A DNA stretch of 64,000 bases from an uncultured Imperialibacter sp. GTDB lineage: Bacteria; Bacteroidota; Bacteroidia; Cytophagales; Cyclobacteriaceae. This document shows positions 35,564-45,300 of the stretch, piece by piece (the stretch's first letter is position 1; each line of letters starts with the position of its first letter). Under the pieces are notes generated by a model. It was not told the DNA's origin, did not search any database, and was given only the letters and a program-made list of their open reading frames with translations. The stretch is from NCBI GenBank assembly GCA_965651695.1, contig CBFGTI010000005.1:2886-66885 (forward strand), given 5' to 3'. The translations under genes were made by a program, and so were the position numbers.

Positions 35564-35728
35564 ATGTTACGTTGGACTCTAATATTTCTAGTAATCGCCC
35601 TGATAGCGGCCGTCTTCGGATTCGGGGGCATTGCCGCAGGCGCAGCATCTATAGCTAAAATCATTTTCTACATTTTCCTGGTACTATTGGTTATTTCATT
35701 AATCCTCGGCCTGTTCCGAAGAACGTGA
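35564..35728 (+). CDS. DUF1328 (UPF0391/YtjA-like) small membrane protein (54 aa, below the ORF-track cutoff)
   Basis: Manual translation gives [54 protein letters not shown]. The FGFGGIA core is the family signature. Confidence 0.8.
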   Translation: MLRWTLIFLVIALIAAVFGFGGIAAGAASIAKIIFYIFLVLLVISLILGLFRRT

Positions 35729-35908
35729 CGCTTTAATGCAGAATAACACGATATTATCTGGCAGATGTAGAGCGTGCTCTACAATTCTACAGGAATTGCA
35801 GCCAGACTGAAGCAAGCTCATTTGGGGGTTATCATTGAAAATGAGGCCTGCCAAGAGTATCTCCGGTCTGGCATATTTTATGAAACCCTATCTCCCAAAC
35901 GACCAATT

Positions 35909-36682
35909 ATGGATGCTGATTCTTTAAAACTGAAGACAAGGCGAGGGCTTGTGGCGCTGGCCAGGTTCTACCAGTTTTCACTTAAAGTGGTCAAGAGTTT
36001 CTCTCAGGCGGCACTGGAGTGGAAAGAAATTCTAAACCAGTGCTTCAGAGTTGGCAACAAATCTTTGTTTCTGATTACGTTTACAGCCTTTATCGCCGGT
36101 ATTGTTTTTACCAAGCAATCACGGCCGTCGTTGCAGTCGTTCGGGGCCGAGTCGTGGCTCCCATCGCTTGTAGCTATTGCCATTGTGCGGTCTCTGGGCC
36201 CGTTAATCACAGCGCTTATCTGCGCAGGCAAGCTGGGGTCCAACATCGGGGCGGAGTTGGGGAGTATGCGGGTAACAGAGCAGATAGACGCTATGGAGGT
36301 ATCAGGCACACGGCCATTTAGCTACCTCATCACCTCCAGGGTGGTAGCTACCACGCTAATGCTTCCGGTATTGGTTGTGTTTGCCGACGTGGTGGCGCTG
36401 CTGGGCTCGTTTATGCTGGTAAACATCCTCAACAACACAAGCTTTACCCAGTTTGCCAACGAAGTAATCGTGTCCATCACCTTTCTGGATGTGTTCTCCT
36501 CGCTGGTAAAATCAGCCTTCTTTGGCCTGGCTATTGGCCTCATGGCCTGCTACCACGGCTACCATGCCAGCAAAGGCACCATTGGTGTAGGCATAGCGGC
36601 CAATTCGGCGGTGGTAAGCGGCCTGGTGTCCATTTTCGTAATCGACCTCATTGGTCTTCAGTTTTTAAATCTCTTCAGATAA
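35909..36682 (+). CDS. mlaE: MlaE-family ABC transporter permease
   Basis: ATG at 35909. The protein carries the MlaE/Ttg2B core (…GAELGSMRVTEQIDAMEVSG…) and about 5 TM helices. There is a 1-nt overlap with the ATPase gene. Confidence 0.88.
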   Translation: MDADSLKLKTRRGLVALARFYQFSLKVVKSFSQAALEWKEILNQCFRVGNKSLFLITFTAFIAGIVFTKQSRPSLQSFGAESWLPSLVAIAIVRSLGPLITALICAGKLGSNIGAELGSMRVTEQIDAMEVSGTRPFSYLITSRVVATTLMLPVLVVFADVVALLGSFMLVNILNNTSFTQFANEVIVSITFLDVFSSLVKSAFFGLAIGLMACYHGYHASKGTIGVGIAANSAVVSGLVSIFVIDLIGLQFLNLFR

Positions 36683-37464
36683 TGGAACTAGAAAACCTGA
36701 CATGTAAACCAGACCCCAAAAAGAAGCTTGAGGGAGAAACTGTAACGGTAATCCGGGGCTTGAAAAAATCGTTTGGCGACAACCACGTGCTGAGAGGCAT
36801 TAACCTGGAGCTTTATGAGGGCGAAAACCTGGTGATTTTAGGAAAATCGGGCACGGGTAAGTCGGTACTCATTAAATGCATGGTTGGCCTGCTGATACCC
36901 GACGACGGCAAGATAAATGTGCTTGGCTACGATGTTCGCCACCTTAGCGAGGCACAGCTAAACGAGCTGCGGCTAAAAGTAGGCTTTTCGTTTCAGGGCA
37001 GTGCGTTGTATGACTCTATGACCGTGCGGGAAAACCTTGAGTTTCCGCTGATAAGAAACCTGGGAATTGACAGCAGCAAAGAGCTGGAAAAAAGGGTGAT
37101 GGCTGCGCTGGAAGATGTGGGGCTGGCAAAGGCTGTGGATGTGATGCCCTCGGAGCTATCGGGCGGCATGAAAAAACGAATCGGCATAGCCCGCACATTG
37201 ATTCTGAACCCGGAAATTATGTTGTACGACGAGCCTACTGCGGGACTGGACCCCGTAACCGCTACTGAAATAAATGACCTGATACTGGAAGTGCAGGAGA
37301 AGTACAAAACCTCCTCCATCGTAATAACGCACGATATTAGCAGTGCCAGGCAGGTAGCCAACCGGATTATTGCGTTGTTTGACGGCCAGGTGTTGTGCGA
37401 GGGAACCTTCAACGAACTGAAGGAGCAGGAGCACCCGGAACTTGCGCCCTTTTTCAATTACTAA
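36682..37464 (+). CDS. mlaF: ABC transporter ATP-binding protein (MlaF-like)
   Basis: Walker A GKSGTGKS, signature LSGGMKKR, Walker B MLYDEPTAGLD and H-loop ITHD. Confidence 0.92.
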   Translation: MELENLTCKPDPKKKLEGETVTVIRGLKKSFGDNHVLRGINLELYEGENLVILGKSGTGKSVLIKCMVGLLIPDDGKINVLGYDVRHLSEAQLNELRLKVGFSFQGSALYDSMTVRENLEFPLIRNLGIDSSKELEKRVMAALEDVGLAKAVDVMPSELSGGMKKRIGIARTLILNPEIMLYDEPTAGLDPVTATEINDLILEVQEKYKTSSIVITHDISSARQVANRIIALFDGQVLCEGTFNELKEQEHPELAPFFNY

Positions 37465-37615
37465 ACACTTGGAAATAATGAAATGGCCCAAAGGAATACA
37501 GTAGAAGCGAAGCCCTCATGCCTGCAGGTAAGAAAATATTCCCAGGTCGGATACACCGCTTCGGTATCGAGAGCAGGCTTGCCGATTGGGCTATTGAAAA
37601 ACAAATACGAAACGG

Positions 37616-38665
37616 ATGAAATCTAAAGAAATATCAACCCAGGTAAAAGTAGGCCTTTTTGTGCTTACAGGCACTTTATTGTTTCTGGTTGCAGTGGCTT
37701 ACATTGGTATGGACAGAAACCTCTTCAGCCGTACGTTCACCATCTACTCGGTCTTTCGCAATGTAGAGGGATTGCAGTCGGGCAACAACGTGTGGCTGTC
37801 GGGCGTGAAAATTGGCACCGTGAAAGACGTGCGAATAGTGGGCAACAACCGGGTAGTAGTAGTAATGAAGCTCCACGACAGGCAAAACAGTTTTATTTCG
37901 AGTGACGCAGTTGCCAACATCGGGTCTGACGGCCTGGTAGGAAGCAAAATAGTAGTGATAAGGCCCGGGCAATCCAGCACCTCCATCCAGGAAGAAGACA
38001 CCATTAAATCTACTTCACCTATAGACACGCAGGAAATAATCGACATGGCCCAGGATATGGGTAAAGACTTTCAGTCGCTAACCCGGGACCTGAATGTACT
38101 GATCAACAAGTTTAACCGCGGCGATGGCGTAGTTGGCGATCTGCTTAACGACGGGCCGTTGGCGCAGGACTTGCGCATAGCCGTAGACAACGCACGCTCT
38201 ACCGTAGCCACAGCCTCAAGAGCCACCCAGGAGATTAATATGCTTACGGCGGAAATCAGAAACATGGTGGAGGAGATGCGAAACGGGAATGGCATAGTAA
38301 CGGCCATGCTGAAAGACACCACATGGACAAACAGCTTTGAGCAGACCATACAAAATGTTGAACAGATTAGCTCCAAGACGGCGACAATTTCCGGCGACCT
38401 CGAGCGCCTGAGTGCAAACATCAACGACACCAATACCCCCCTTGGCATGCTCATGGGCGATACGGCCGTGGCCAACAACCTGCAGCAAGCCATTGCCTCA
38501 GCGCAGCTTGGTGCCGAAAAATTCGATGAAAATATGGAGGCGCTGCAGAACAACTTCTTTCTGCGGGGATTTTTCAGAAGAAAAGAAAAACGGGAAGCCA
38601 AAGAGCGGGAAGCGATAGCACAAGAGGCAGAAACGGAGGAGTCGCCCACGGTAAAGCTTCCATAA
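37616..38665 (+). CDS. mlaD: MlaD/MCE-family substrate-binding protein
   Basis: N-terminal anchor, then an MCE domain (…VEGLQSGNNVWLSGVKIGTVKDV…) and a long helical C-terminal extension. Confidence 0.85.
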   Translation: MKSKEISTQVKVGLFVLTGTLLFLVAVAYIGMDRNLFSRTFTIYSVFRNVEGLQSGNNVWLSGVKIGTVKDVRIVGNNRVVVVMKLHDRQNSFISSDAVANIGSDGLVGSKIVVIRPGQSSTSIQEEDTIKSTSPIDTQEIIDMAQDMGKDFQSLTRDLNVLINKFNRGDGVVGDLLNDGPLAQDLRIAVDNARSTVATASRATQEINMLTAEIRNMVEEMRNGNGIVTAMLKDTTWTNSFEQTIQNVEQISSKTATISGDLERLSANINDTNTPLGMLMGDTAVANNLQQAIASAQLGAEKFDENMEALQNNFFLRGFFRRKEKREAKEREAIAQEAETEESPTVKLP

Positions 38666-38690
38666 GTATATACTATTGCTAAAGAAAGAT

Positions 38691-38721
38691 GGGGACAGCC
38701 TGCTATGACCAGGCTATCCCC
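38691..38721. terminator. Hairpin between convergent mlaD and SDR genes (possible bidirectional terminator)
   Basis: GGGGACAGCCTG-ctatgac-CAGGCTATCCCC forms a 12-bp stem with one mismatch. There is no clear U-run on either side. Confidence 0.4.
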
Positions 38722-38729
38722 ACACTTCT

Positions 38730-39482
38730 CTAAAAAGCGATCACCTTGCCGCCGTCTACCGAAATCTCGGAGCCTGTAATAAAGCTGCTTTCGTCTGATG
38801 CAAGAAAAAGAGCCAGTTGGGCTACATCTTTCGACTCGCCAAAGCGCTTCAGCGGAATGCCCGCCTGCACGCCAGCGGCAAACTCAGCCAACGCCTCCTC
38901 CGACATACCCATTTTCGCATATATAGGCGTGTTGATGGGCCCCGGACTGATACAGTTGACACGTATGCTTCGAGCGGCCAGCTCAACGGAGAGCGTTTTG
39001 CCAAGAGAAAGCACCGCCCCTTTTGAGGCGGAATATGCCGCGCTGGTACCAAGCCCCACATGAGCCAGAATGGTAGCGTTAAGAATAACGGAGGCATGGT
39101 CGGGAAGCAGCGGCAGAAGTTTCTGCACGGTAAAGAAGGCGCCTTTGAAGTTAATGTCGAGGTTGGCATCGAACACTTCTTCGGTGGTGTCGCCAAACGG
39201 AGCAAACAAACCCACGCCGGCATTTACAAACAGCACATCCACTTTCGGTGTAAGCTCGGCCACCTTTTGCTGTAGCTGGTTTACATGCTTCATGTCGCCG
39301 GCGTCCGACACTATGCCACTAGCACCCTTGCCCAGCGCACGTACGGCCTCGTCTACAGCCTCACTGCGGCGCCCGGTAATAATTACCTCAGCCCCTTCTT
39401 CCAAAAAAAGCTGCGCGGTGGCAAAGCCAATTCCACTGTTGCCGCCAGTGATCATGGCGGTTTTTCCTGAGAGTTTTCCCAT
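38730..39482 (-). CDS. SDR-family oxidoreductase
   Basis: ATG at 39482. Motifs are TGGNSGIG (cofactor), NAG, and YSASK (catalytic Tyr-x3-Lys). Confidence 0.9.
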   Translation of the reverse strand: MGKLSGKTAMITGGNSGIGFATAQLFLEEGAEVIITGRRSEAVDEAVRALGKGASGIVSDAGDMKHVNQLQQKVAELTPKVDVLFVNAGVGLFAPFGDTTEEVFDANLDINFKGAFFTVQKLLPLLPDHASVILNATILAHVGLGTSAAYSASKGAVLSLGKTLSVELAARSIRVNCISPGPINTPIYAKMGMSEEALAEFAAGVQAGIPLKRFGESKDVAQLALFLASDESSFITGSEISVDGGKVIAF

Positions 39483-39604
39483 GTTGTAATTTGATTTGTG
39501 ATTAAACATCACAAAGGTGCGTGGGCCGATTGAGGCTAACTCCGGCTAAAAACCGGAACTATCGAAATTCAGTCAGTATGGTGAGGTTGCTTGTGCTGCC
39601 TCGT

Positions 39605-40486
39605 TTAAGCCAGCACTTCATTCCGCTTTTGTATAAGAAACTGTTTTGGCGAAATACTGAATTTCTCGTGAAACGCTTTAATAAAATGCGACACATTTTC
39701 GTAGCCCACCCTTGCCGCTATGGCGGTTACGCTGTCGTTGCTGGCTTCCAGCAGCTGCTTGGCCTTTTCCAGCCTCTTATCGATAAGCCACTGTTTGGGC
39801 GATGTTTCAAAAAGTCGTTTGAAATCCCGCTGAAAAGTTGACAGGCTCCTGCCGGAAAGAAATGCATAGTCCTCTACTCCAAGAGGTTTGTCGAAATTAG
39901 CCTCCATTACCTCGGTTATGCTCCGTTTTTCTTTGTTTTTCAGCTTCAATATTGTGTTGGCAAAAATGGGTCCCTGCGGCGAAATATTGATAAGATGAAG
40001 AAACTCAAGCAGCTTGGGTTCGGTTACGGCATGATGCGACACACCTGTTTTCCGGTATAGACGCAGGAGGTTTTCGGTAAATAGTCTGATGTCCGGGGTG
40101 TACTGCAACACCAGCGGCATGGCACAAACGTCCTCAAAGGTTTTTGTTTTCAAAGTGCCAATAAATTCATCAACAACCCCTTCTCCAAAAAAGAAAATAA
40201 TAGCCTCGAATGGCTCCGACTCGTTTCGAAGCACGTCGGAAATCATGTACAACCCTTTGGGTAGAAAAATCATTTGGTTCTCGGCCACTACCGACATCCG
40301 GCCATACATATTTTCTATCTTAAGCGAGCCCTTCAGCACGAGTGTCATGGCATGGGTAGAAAGAAACCCCTCCTTTTGAAGCGTATTGCTGTTTACCCTC
40401 TTGTAGAGGATACTCGACAAACCCTTCACCAATATTTTTTCTACGTCCGGATTCTGATAAAATGACTGTGGCTGTACTTTCAACAT
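39605..40486 (-). CDS. AraC-family transcriptional regulator (cupin-like sensor + HTH)
   Basis: The C-terminal HTH_18 pattern is …VEDYAFLSGRSLSTFQRDFKRLF…VTAIAARVGYENVSHFIKAFHEKFSISP. It lies immediately upstream of the SDR gene on the same strand. Confidence 0.88.
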   Translation of the reverse strand: MLKVQPQSFYQNPDVEKILVKGLSSILYKRVNSNTLQKEGFLSTHAMTLVLKGSLKIENMYGRMSVVAENQMIFLPKGLYMISDVLRNESEPFEAIIFFFGEGVVDEFIGTLKTKTFEDVCAMPLVLQYTPDIRLFTENLLRLYRKTGVSHHAVTEPKLLEFLHLINISPQGPIFANTILKLKNKEKRSITEVMEANFDKPLGVEDYAFLSGRSLSTFQRDFKRLFETSPKQWLIDKRLEKAKQLLEASNDSVTAIAARVGYENVSHFIKAFHEKFSISPKQFLIQKRNEVLA

Positions 40487-40673
40487 GTGGCTAAGCTAGT
40501 GGAATGCGTCATTGAATTTTGTCGCAAATAAGCAAAAATGTCGATTTTCGGTCAAAGCTGATGCTAAGCGTTGGGCGAATCGCTCTGTCCGGGTTTCTGC
40601 CCGCCAATTTCAGTTACTAAAGCCCGAAGACTTTGCTATTTTTGAATACGATTAAAACCATCATCATAAAGCT

Positions 40674-41063
40674 ATGACAGACTACAAACCCGCAGGATAC
40701 AACTCCCTCTCGCCCTACCTGATCGTAAATGGCGCCCAAAAAATGATTGATTTGCTGAAGCAGGTATTTGGTGCCCGTGATCTTCGGCGGTACGACAACC
40801 CTGACGGCACGATTATGCATGCCGAAGTGCAAATTGACGACTCTGTAATTATGATTGCGGACGCTTCGGAGGCTTATCCCTCCAATAAGCTACTGCTTCA
40901 TGTATATGTGCCCGATGTAGATGCTGTTTTTAAGAAAGCCATTGCAGCCGGATGCAGCCCTACCGAAACCCCAAACGAGCGGGAGGGCGATCCGGACAGA
41001 AGAGGCTCCTTTACCGATTTTTCAGGTAATCTGTGGGCGGTTGGTACGCAACTAAAAAGCTAA
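40674..41063 (+). CDS. VOC-family (glyoxalase/bleomycin-resistance fold, PhnB-like) protein
   Basis: 129 aa. …SLSPYLIVNGAQKMIDLLKQVFGA…IMHAEVQIDDSVIMIADA… matches the VOC/PhnB pattern. Confidence 0.85.
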   Translation: MTDYKPAGYNSLSPYLIVNGAQKMIDLLKQVFGARDLRRYDNPDGTIMHAEVQIDDSVIMIADASEAYPSNKLLLHVYVPDVDAVFKKAIAAGCSPTETPNEREGDPDRRGSFTDFSGNLWAVGTQLKS

Positions 41064-41080
41064 GGGACAAGCAGATTGGC

Positions 41081-41824
41081 ATGAACACCCTTAAGAGATT
41101 CGCCGGTTGTGCTATTGTGGCGATGGCTATTGCCGCCACAGGCTGTGAGCCGGCCGCCGAAAAGAACACCGCGGCAAGCAACGATGCAACTCCACAAATA
41201 GCGGGCGAAATGCGCAGCGTAATGCGGGAAGGCAAGCTTGGCCCGGTAGTCGCCATCGATACAATTTCTAACGCTGCACATCTTTACGGCCTGGGCCCTG
41301 TGGAATACCTCGCCGGAGAAATAATGGTTGTAGACGGCAGGGGCTATGTATCGGCAGTGAAAGACGATACCATAGCCGTAAGGGAGACATTAAATATAAA
41401 GGCTCCGTTTTTTGGGTATGCGCGGATAGAACGCTGGAAAGAGATGGATATACCGGATACAATAGCATCGCTCGGGCAGCTCGAAACTTTCCTTACTGAA
41501 AATACCATTGCTGAGCGCCGCCCCTTTTTCTTCAAGGTGTCGGCTGTAGTAGACAGTGCAACTATTCATGTAATGTCGCTACCAAGCGGGGCCCGGATTG
41601 CATCTCCGCAGGAAGCACATGCTTTGGGAAGAAAAGAGTTTCAGGTGCTGAACAAAAAAGCGGAGCTGCTCGGCTTTTTCTCTACCACGCATCAGGCCAC
41701 CTTTACACACCACAACACTTTCGTGCACATTCACCTGCTTACGGAAGACAGGAAAGCGATGGGGCATTTGGATGCTTTGGCGATGCAAAAAGGAACCACC
41801 AGGCTTTATTTGCCGCAGCAGTAG
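41081..41824 (+). CDS. Acetolactate-decarboxylase-family protein with a lipoprotein signal
   Basis: ATG at 41081 gives MNTLKRFAGCAIVAMAIAATGC (lipobox). …LYGLGPVEYLAGEIMVVDGRGY… and the C-terminal …HHNTFVHIHLL… His cluster resemble alpha-acetolactate decarboxylase. Confidence 0.75.
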   Translation: MNTLKRFAGCAIVAMAIAATGCEPAAEKNTAASNDATPQIAGEMRSVMREGKLGPVVAIDTISNAAHLYGLGPVEYLAGEIMVVDGRGYVSAVKDDTIAVRETLNIKAPFFGYARIERWKEMDIPDTIASLGQLETFLTENTIAERRPFFFKVSAVVDSATIHVMSLPSGARIASPQEAHALGRKEFQVLNKKAELLGFFSTTHQATFTHHNTFVHIHLLTEDRKAMGHLDALAMQKGTTRLYLPQQ

Positions 41825-41940
41825 CCCGCTTTGGCGCAAATGCCCTCTTGTTTGTCGCTTTTACACAGCCCCGGCTTTAACCGGCAGCTGTAGCTTTGTA
41901 ATATCAATCATTGAAAAAGAACTTTAAAAACAACAGAAAA

Positions 41941-42360
41941 ATGGAAAAGACTAAAATCACCGTAGAAAGCACTGTAAAGGCTCCTGTAGAAAAGGTATGG
42001 GACTGCTGGACTGATCCTAAGCACATAGTAAACTGGAACTTCGCCTCCGACGACTGGCATTCACCACGCGCTGAAAATGACCTCCGCACCGGCGGAAAAT
42101 TTGTTTCGAGAATGGAAGCCAAAGACGGCAGTATGGGGTTCGATTTTGAGGGCGTATACGACAACGTAGTGAAGCACAAAACCATTGAGTACTCTATGAG
42201 CGACGGCCGTCAGGTGAAAGTAACTTTTGCAGGCAATGGCAGCGAAACACGGGTGGTGGAAACATTCGATGCCGAAAACACTCATTCGCTTGAGATGCAG
42301 AAAGGGGGGTGGCAGGCTATTCTCGACAACTTCAAAAAATACACCGAAGCCAAAGCTTGA
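41941..42360 (+). CDS. SRPBCC-superfamily (AHSA1/START-like) protein
   Basis: ATG at 41941. …ITVESTVKAPVEKVWDCWTDPKHIVNWNFASDDWH… is the classic Aha1-like SRPBCC N-terminus. Confidence 0.88.
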   Translation: MEKTKITVESTVKAPVEKVWDCWTDPKHIVNWNFASDDWHSPRAENDLRTGGKFVSRMEAKDGSMGFDFEGVYDNVVKHKTIEYSMSDGRQVKVTFAGNGSETRVVETFDAENTHSLEMQKGGWQAILDNFKKYTEAKA

Positions 42361-42384
42361 GCCGACTACAGCAGGCGTACTGGA

Positions 42385-45300
42385 CTACCGCAGCAGATAC
42401 ATCTTTCCGAAACCATTTTTGAAGGCTTTGTCTGCCGAGGTAGTCCTGTGCTCGGGCTGCTGGCCGTTCATCTTCATCTGCACGCGGTAGAGGTATACGC
42501 CGTTGGCAAGCTGGTCGCCGTACTCGTCGGTACCGTCCCAGGCAAACTCCGAGATATTATTACCTATCTTCAGCGGCCCTATTTCATCCTGTGTAATTTC
42601 TCTTACTATTCGCCCCGAAACAGTCATTATCTGAATCTTCAACTGATCGGGCAGGCTCGCCCCCGTGAGCGTAAATACAAACCTGGTGCTGGTGCTAAAA
42701 GGATTAGGATACGGGTAAAAATGAGTAACCGAGGTTTCGTTAATCACTTCAAAAGTAATTTCGTAGGGCGCGGTGCCTGCCTGATTACCACTGGCATCCG
42801 AAGCAATTACCCGCAGCGAGTACAAGCCGTCGGCTAAAGGCCCCGGCCGGTACTCTATGTTCATTTCCTCTTCCCCCTCATTGAACGACCACGTCATTTT
42901 ACCACCCGAAAATGCCACCCTTTCGAAGCCGCATTCTTCGCACGGCGACTTCAGAAAGACCTCCATGCCTATAGTATCTTGTTTAACTATGTAGGGATAG
43001 TCATCTGTAAGCCTGATGGCAATAACGGGATCTGGCGACACAATATCGCCATTCAGGATGTGACTCCCGTCAACAGTGACGTCTAGCACCGGGTTTACAA
43101 CATCGGGTTTAACCTCCAGAAAATCAGAAAAATGAAACCTGTTATTATTGGTGAAAAGCTCCCCTTCCGTGGGTTCTGCCATTACGCGGAGGTCGTTTAA
43201 CCCGGCTTTTCCGAGGGTGTTAATGTCAACTTCAAACGTCACAGAGTCGCCCGAAGCCAGTGGCGCCACTTTGGTAGAAAATTCGTGTTTTGTATTAGTT
43301 TCCTTCACCAGTATTTCATGACGCAGGGTAAGTGAGTCGGTAAACGGCGTAGGTGACACATTGAAATAAGTGAATGGAATGGTTACGCCCTCCCCTTCGT
43401 TTTTCACGATTGCCTCCTGGCTCCGTGCCGCAGGTGCGTGTGTTAGCAGCACGCCCTCAGGTACCTGCTCAAAAGAAATACCCCATTGGCGAAGCTGAAC
43501 CGGCTGCAGCGTTTGTTCGTCAGATGTGCTAAACGAAAGCTCCATGTAGGGGTAAGTGGCAGCATCGTATCCGCTCAGGTCGATAGCGGGCGAAGTTTCC
43601 GACATGAGTAGCGCATCACGCTCGCCGTCTTTTTTTACCCCGTAGATATTGATGTGGTAGTTGCTCTCCGTTTGTGAGGCGCCAAGCTTTACCTTGTGGT
43701 GTGCGGTTCCCCAGCTTTTTGCAGGGCCGACCCGCCCCGAAGTAACTCCACCGCTGAAATACCGGCCCTCTATAATATCTGCCAGCGCCAGCTGCTGTTG
43801 TTGCAGGACAGTGGACGAACCATTGGAAAGCACCTCCACGGCCGTTCCCTCAGCGCCACCCTTCTTGCCGAAAAAAATCACCGGCTGCCCGTCCTGAAGA
43901 TTGTTGAGGGTAGCAGTTTTTATCCCAATTAGTTTGAGTTTGTCTTTCACCTCGGCATCCCAGCGGCTGACCTGCACACTGCCGATATTGAAAAAAACTA
44001 CAAAGTCGCCGTTGGGAATGGCATCAATAAACTGGCTCAAACGCCGTAGTCCACCGTTTGCCGCAGTGGGATTAAACATTTCATTGTCGGTAAAATTGTG
44101 GATACGCTTGGGGTTTAAACCACAGGTAAGCGGGTTATTGAACACGTTCCAGCCTGATATCGGGGTGTACGGCACCGTCGACTGCCGGTCGAAAACCACA
44201 GCATTGAAGGTATTCAGGCGACATACGTTAAAACTGTTACTTTCTACCAGCAATTCGGCCCCGCCCACTATCACATCAATGTCGGTTTTGGTCAGCTCGC
44301 TATTAGCGCCGCCGTGGGTTCTCACTTCCAGCGAGGTGTTGTTTTCGGGGAAAGTCCACGAAAAGGTGGGGGTATGGAGAATCAGGTCTTTAATTTCAGC
44401 ACCGGCAAATTGGTTGGCCGAAACGGCAGTAAAACCGCTTCCGCCGCTTCTTATCATCGTAAAGCTGCTCTGCACCCACGAAGTATCTTCGCCGGCCAGC
44501 GGGTTGAGAAACTTGCTTCGCCAATAGATTACAGTGGAGTCGGGTATTGCGCCACCTTCGTCCAGGTTCAGCGACTTCACGGAAATTACTTTTACTTCCT
44601 CGGCAAATTGCTTTTTGAACGGGCTGTTAAAAGACGGGAGCGTGTCGATTTCGATGGCGCAGGTTCGGGGAGGCGACAAAATATCGGCTGTTTGCATCAC
44701 CAACGTAGGCTCGGGCCCAGCCACGCCCCCATTGAGCGGAAAAAGATGAAGGGTGGATCCCTTTGCAAGAAATACGTTAAGCGATGTAGTATTATTCGCT
44801 TCATTCAACTCATCAATAGCCCCTTCCCCATCTAAAAAAACTTCGAAGGTATTATTACCCAGGCCAGTCAGCTCCTGGTTGGAAATGCCAAAATACACGG
44901 TGTCTTGTCGCAAAATTAGCTCTTTGCTAGCCGAGGCTTCCGCTACGCTGCCATCGTCGAGGCGCCTGCGCATGGTTATTTTCAACGGCTTGCCAGTAGC
45001 AATACCATAATTTCTCACAATCACCTGCAGCGCAAACGTATCTTTGGCCACCCGCAGCGGCTGCCCCGCCACATCTACAACCTCCAGGCTTTCAGCATCA
45101 ATGGCGTAATCGGGCTTGCCTGCCCCAAATATCTTCACTGCGGGGTCGCCCTGCAGCACCATCTGCTGAACCTGCGAAATTTCCCGCTCTACCACACGAG
45201 GCCGCGTCAAAAATCTTCTCGAAGCTTCGTCTTTTACTTCTCCCAAAGTTTTGGCAACAAAAACTGAGTCGCCAAACGCCACCTGGTAAAAATCGGTAGA

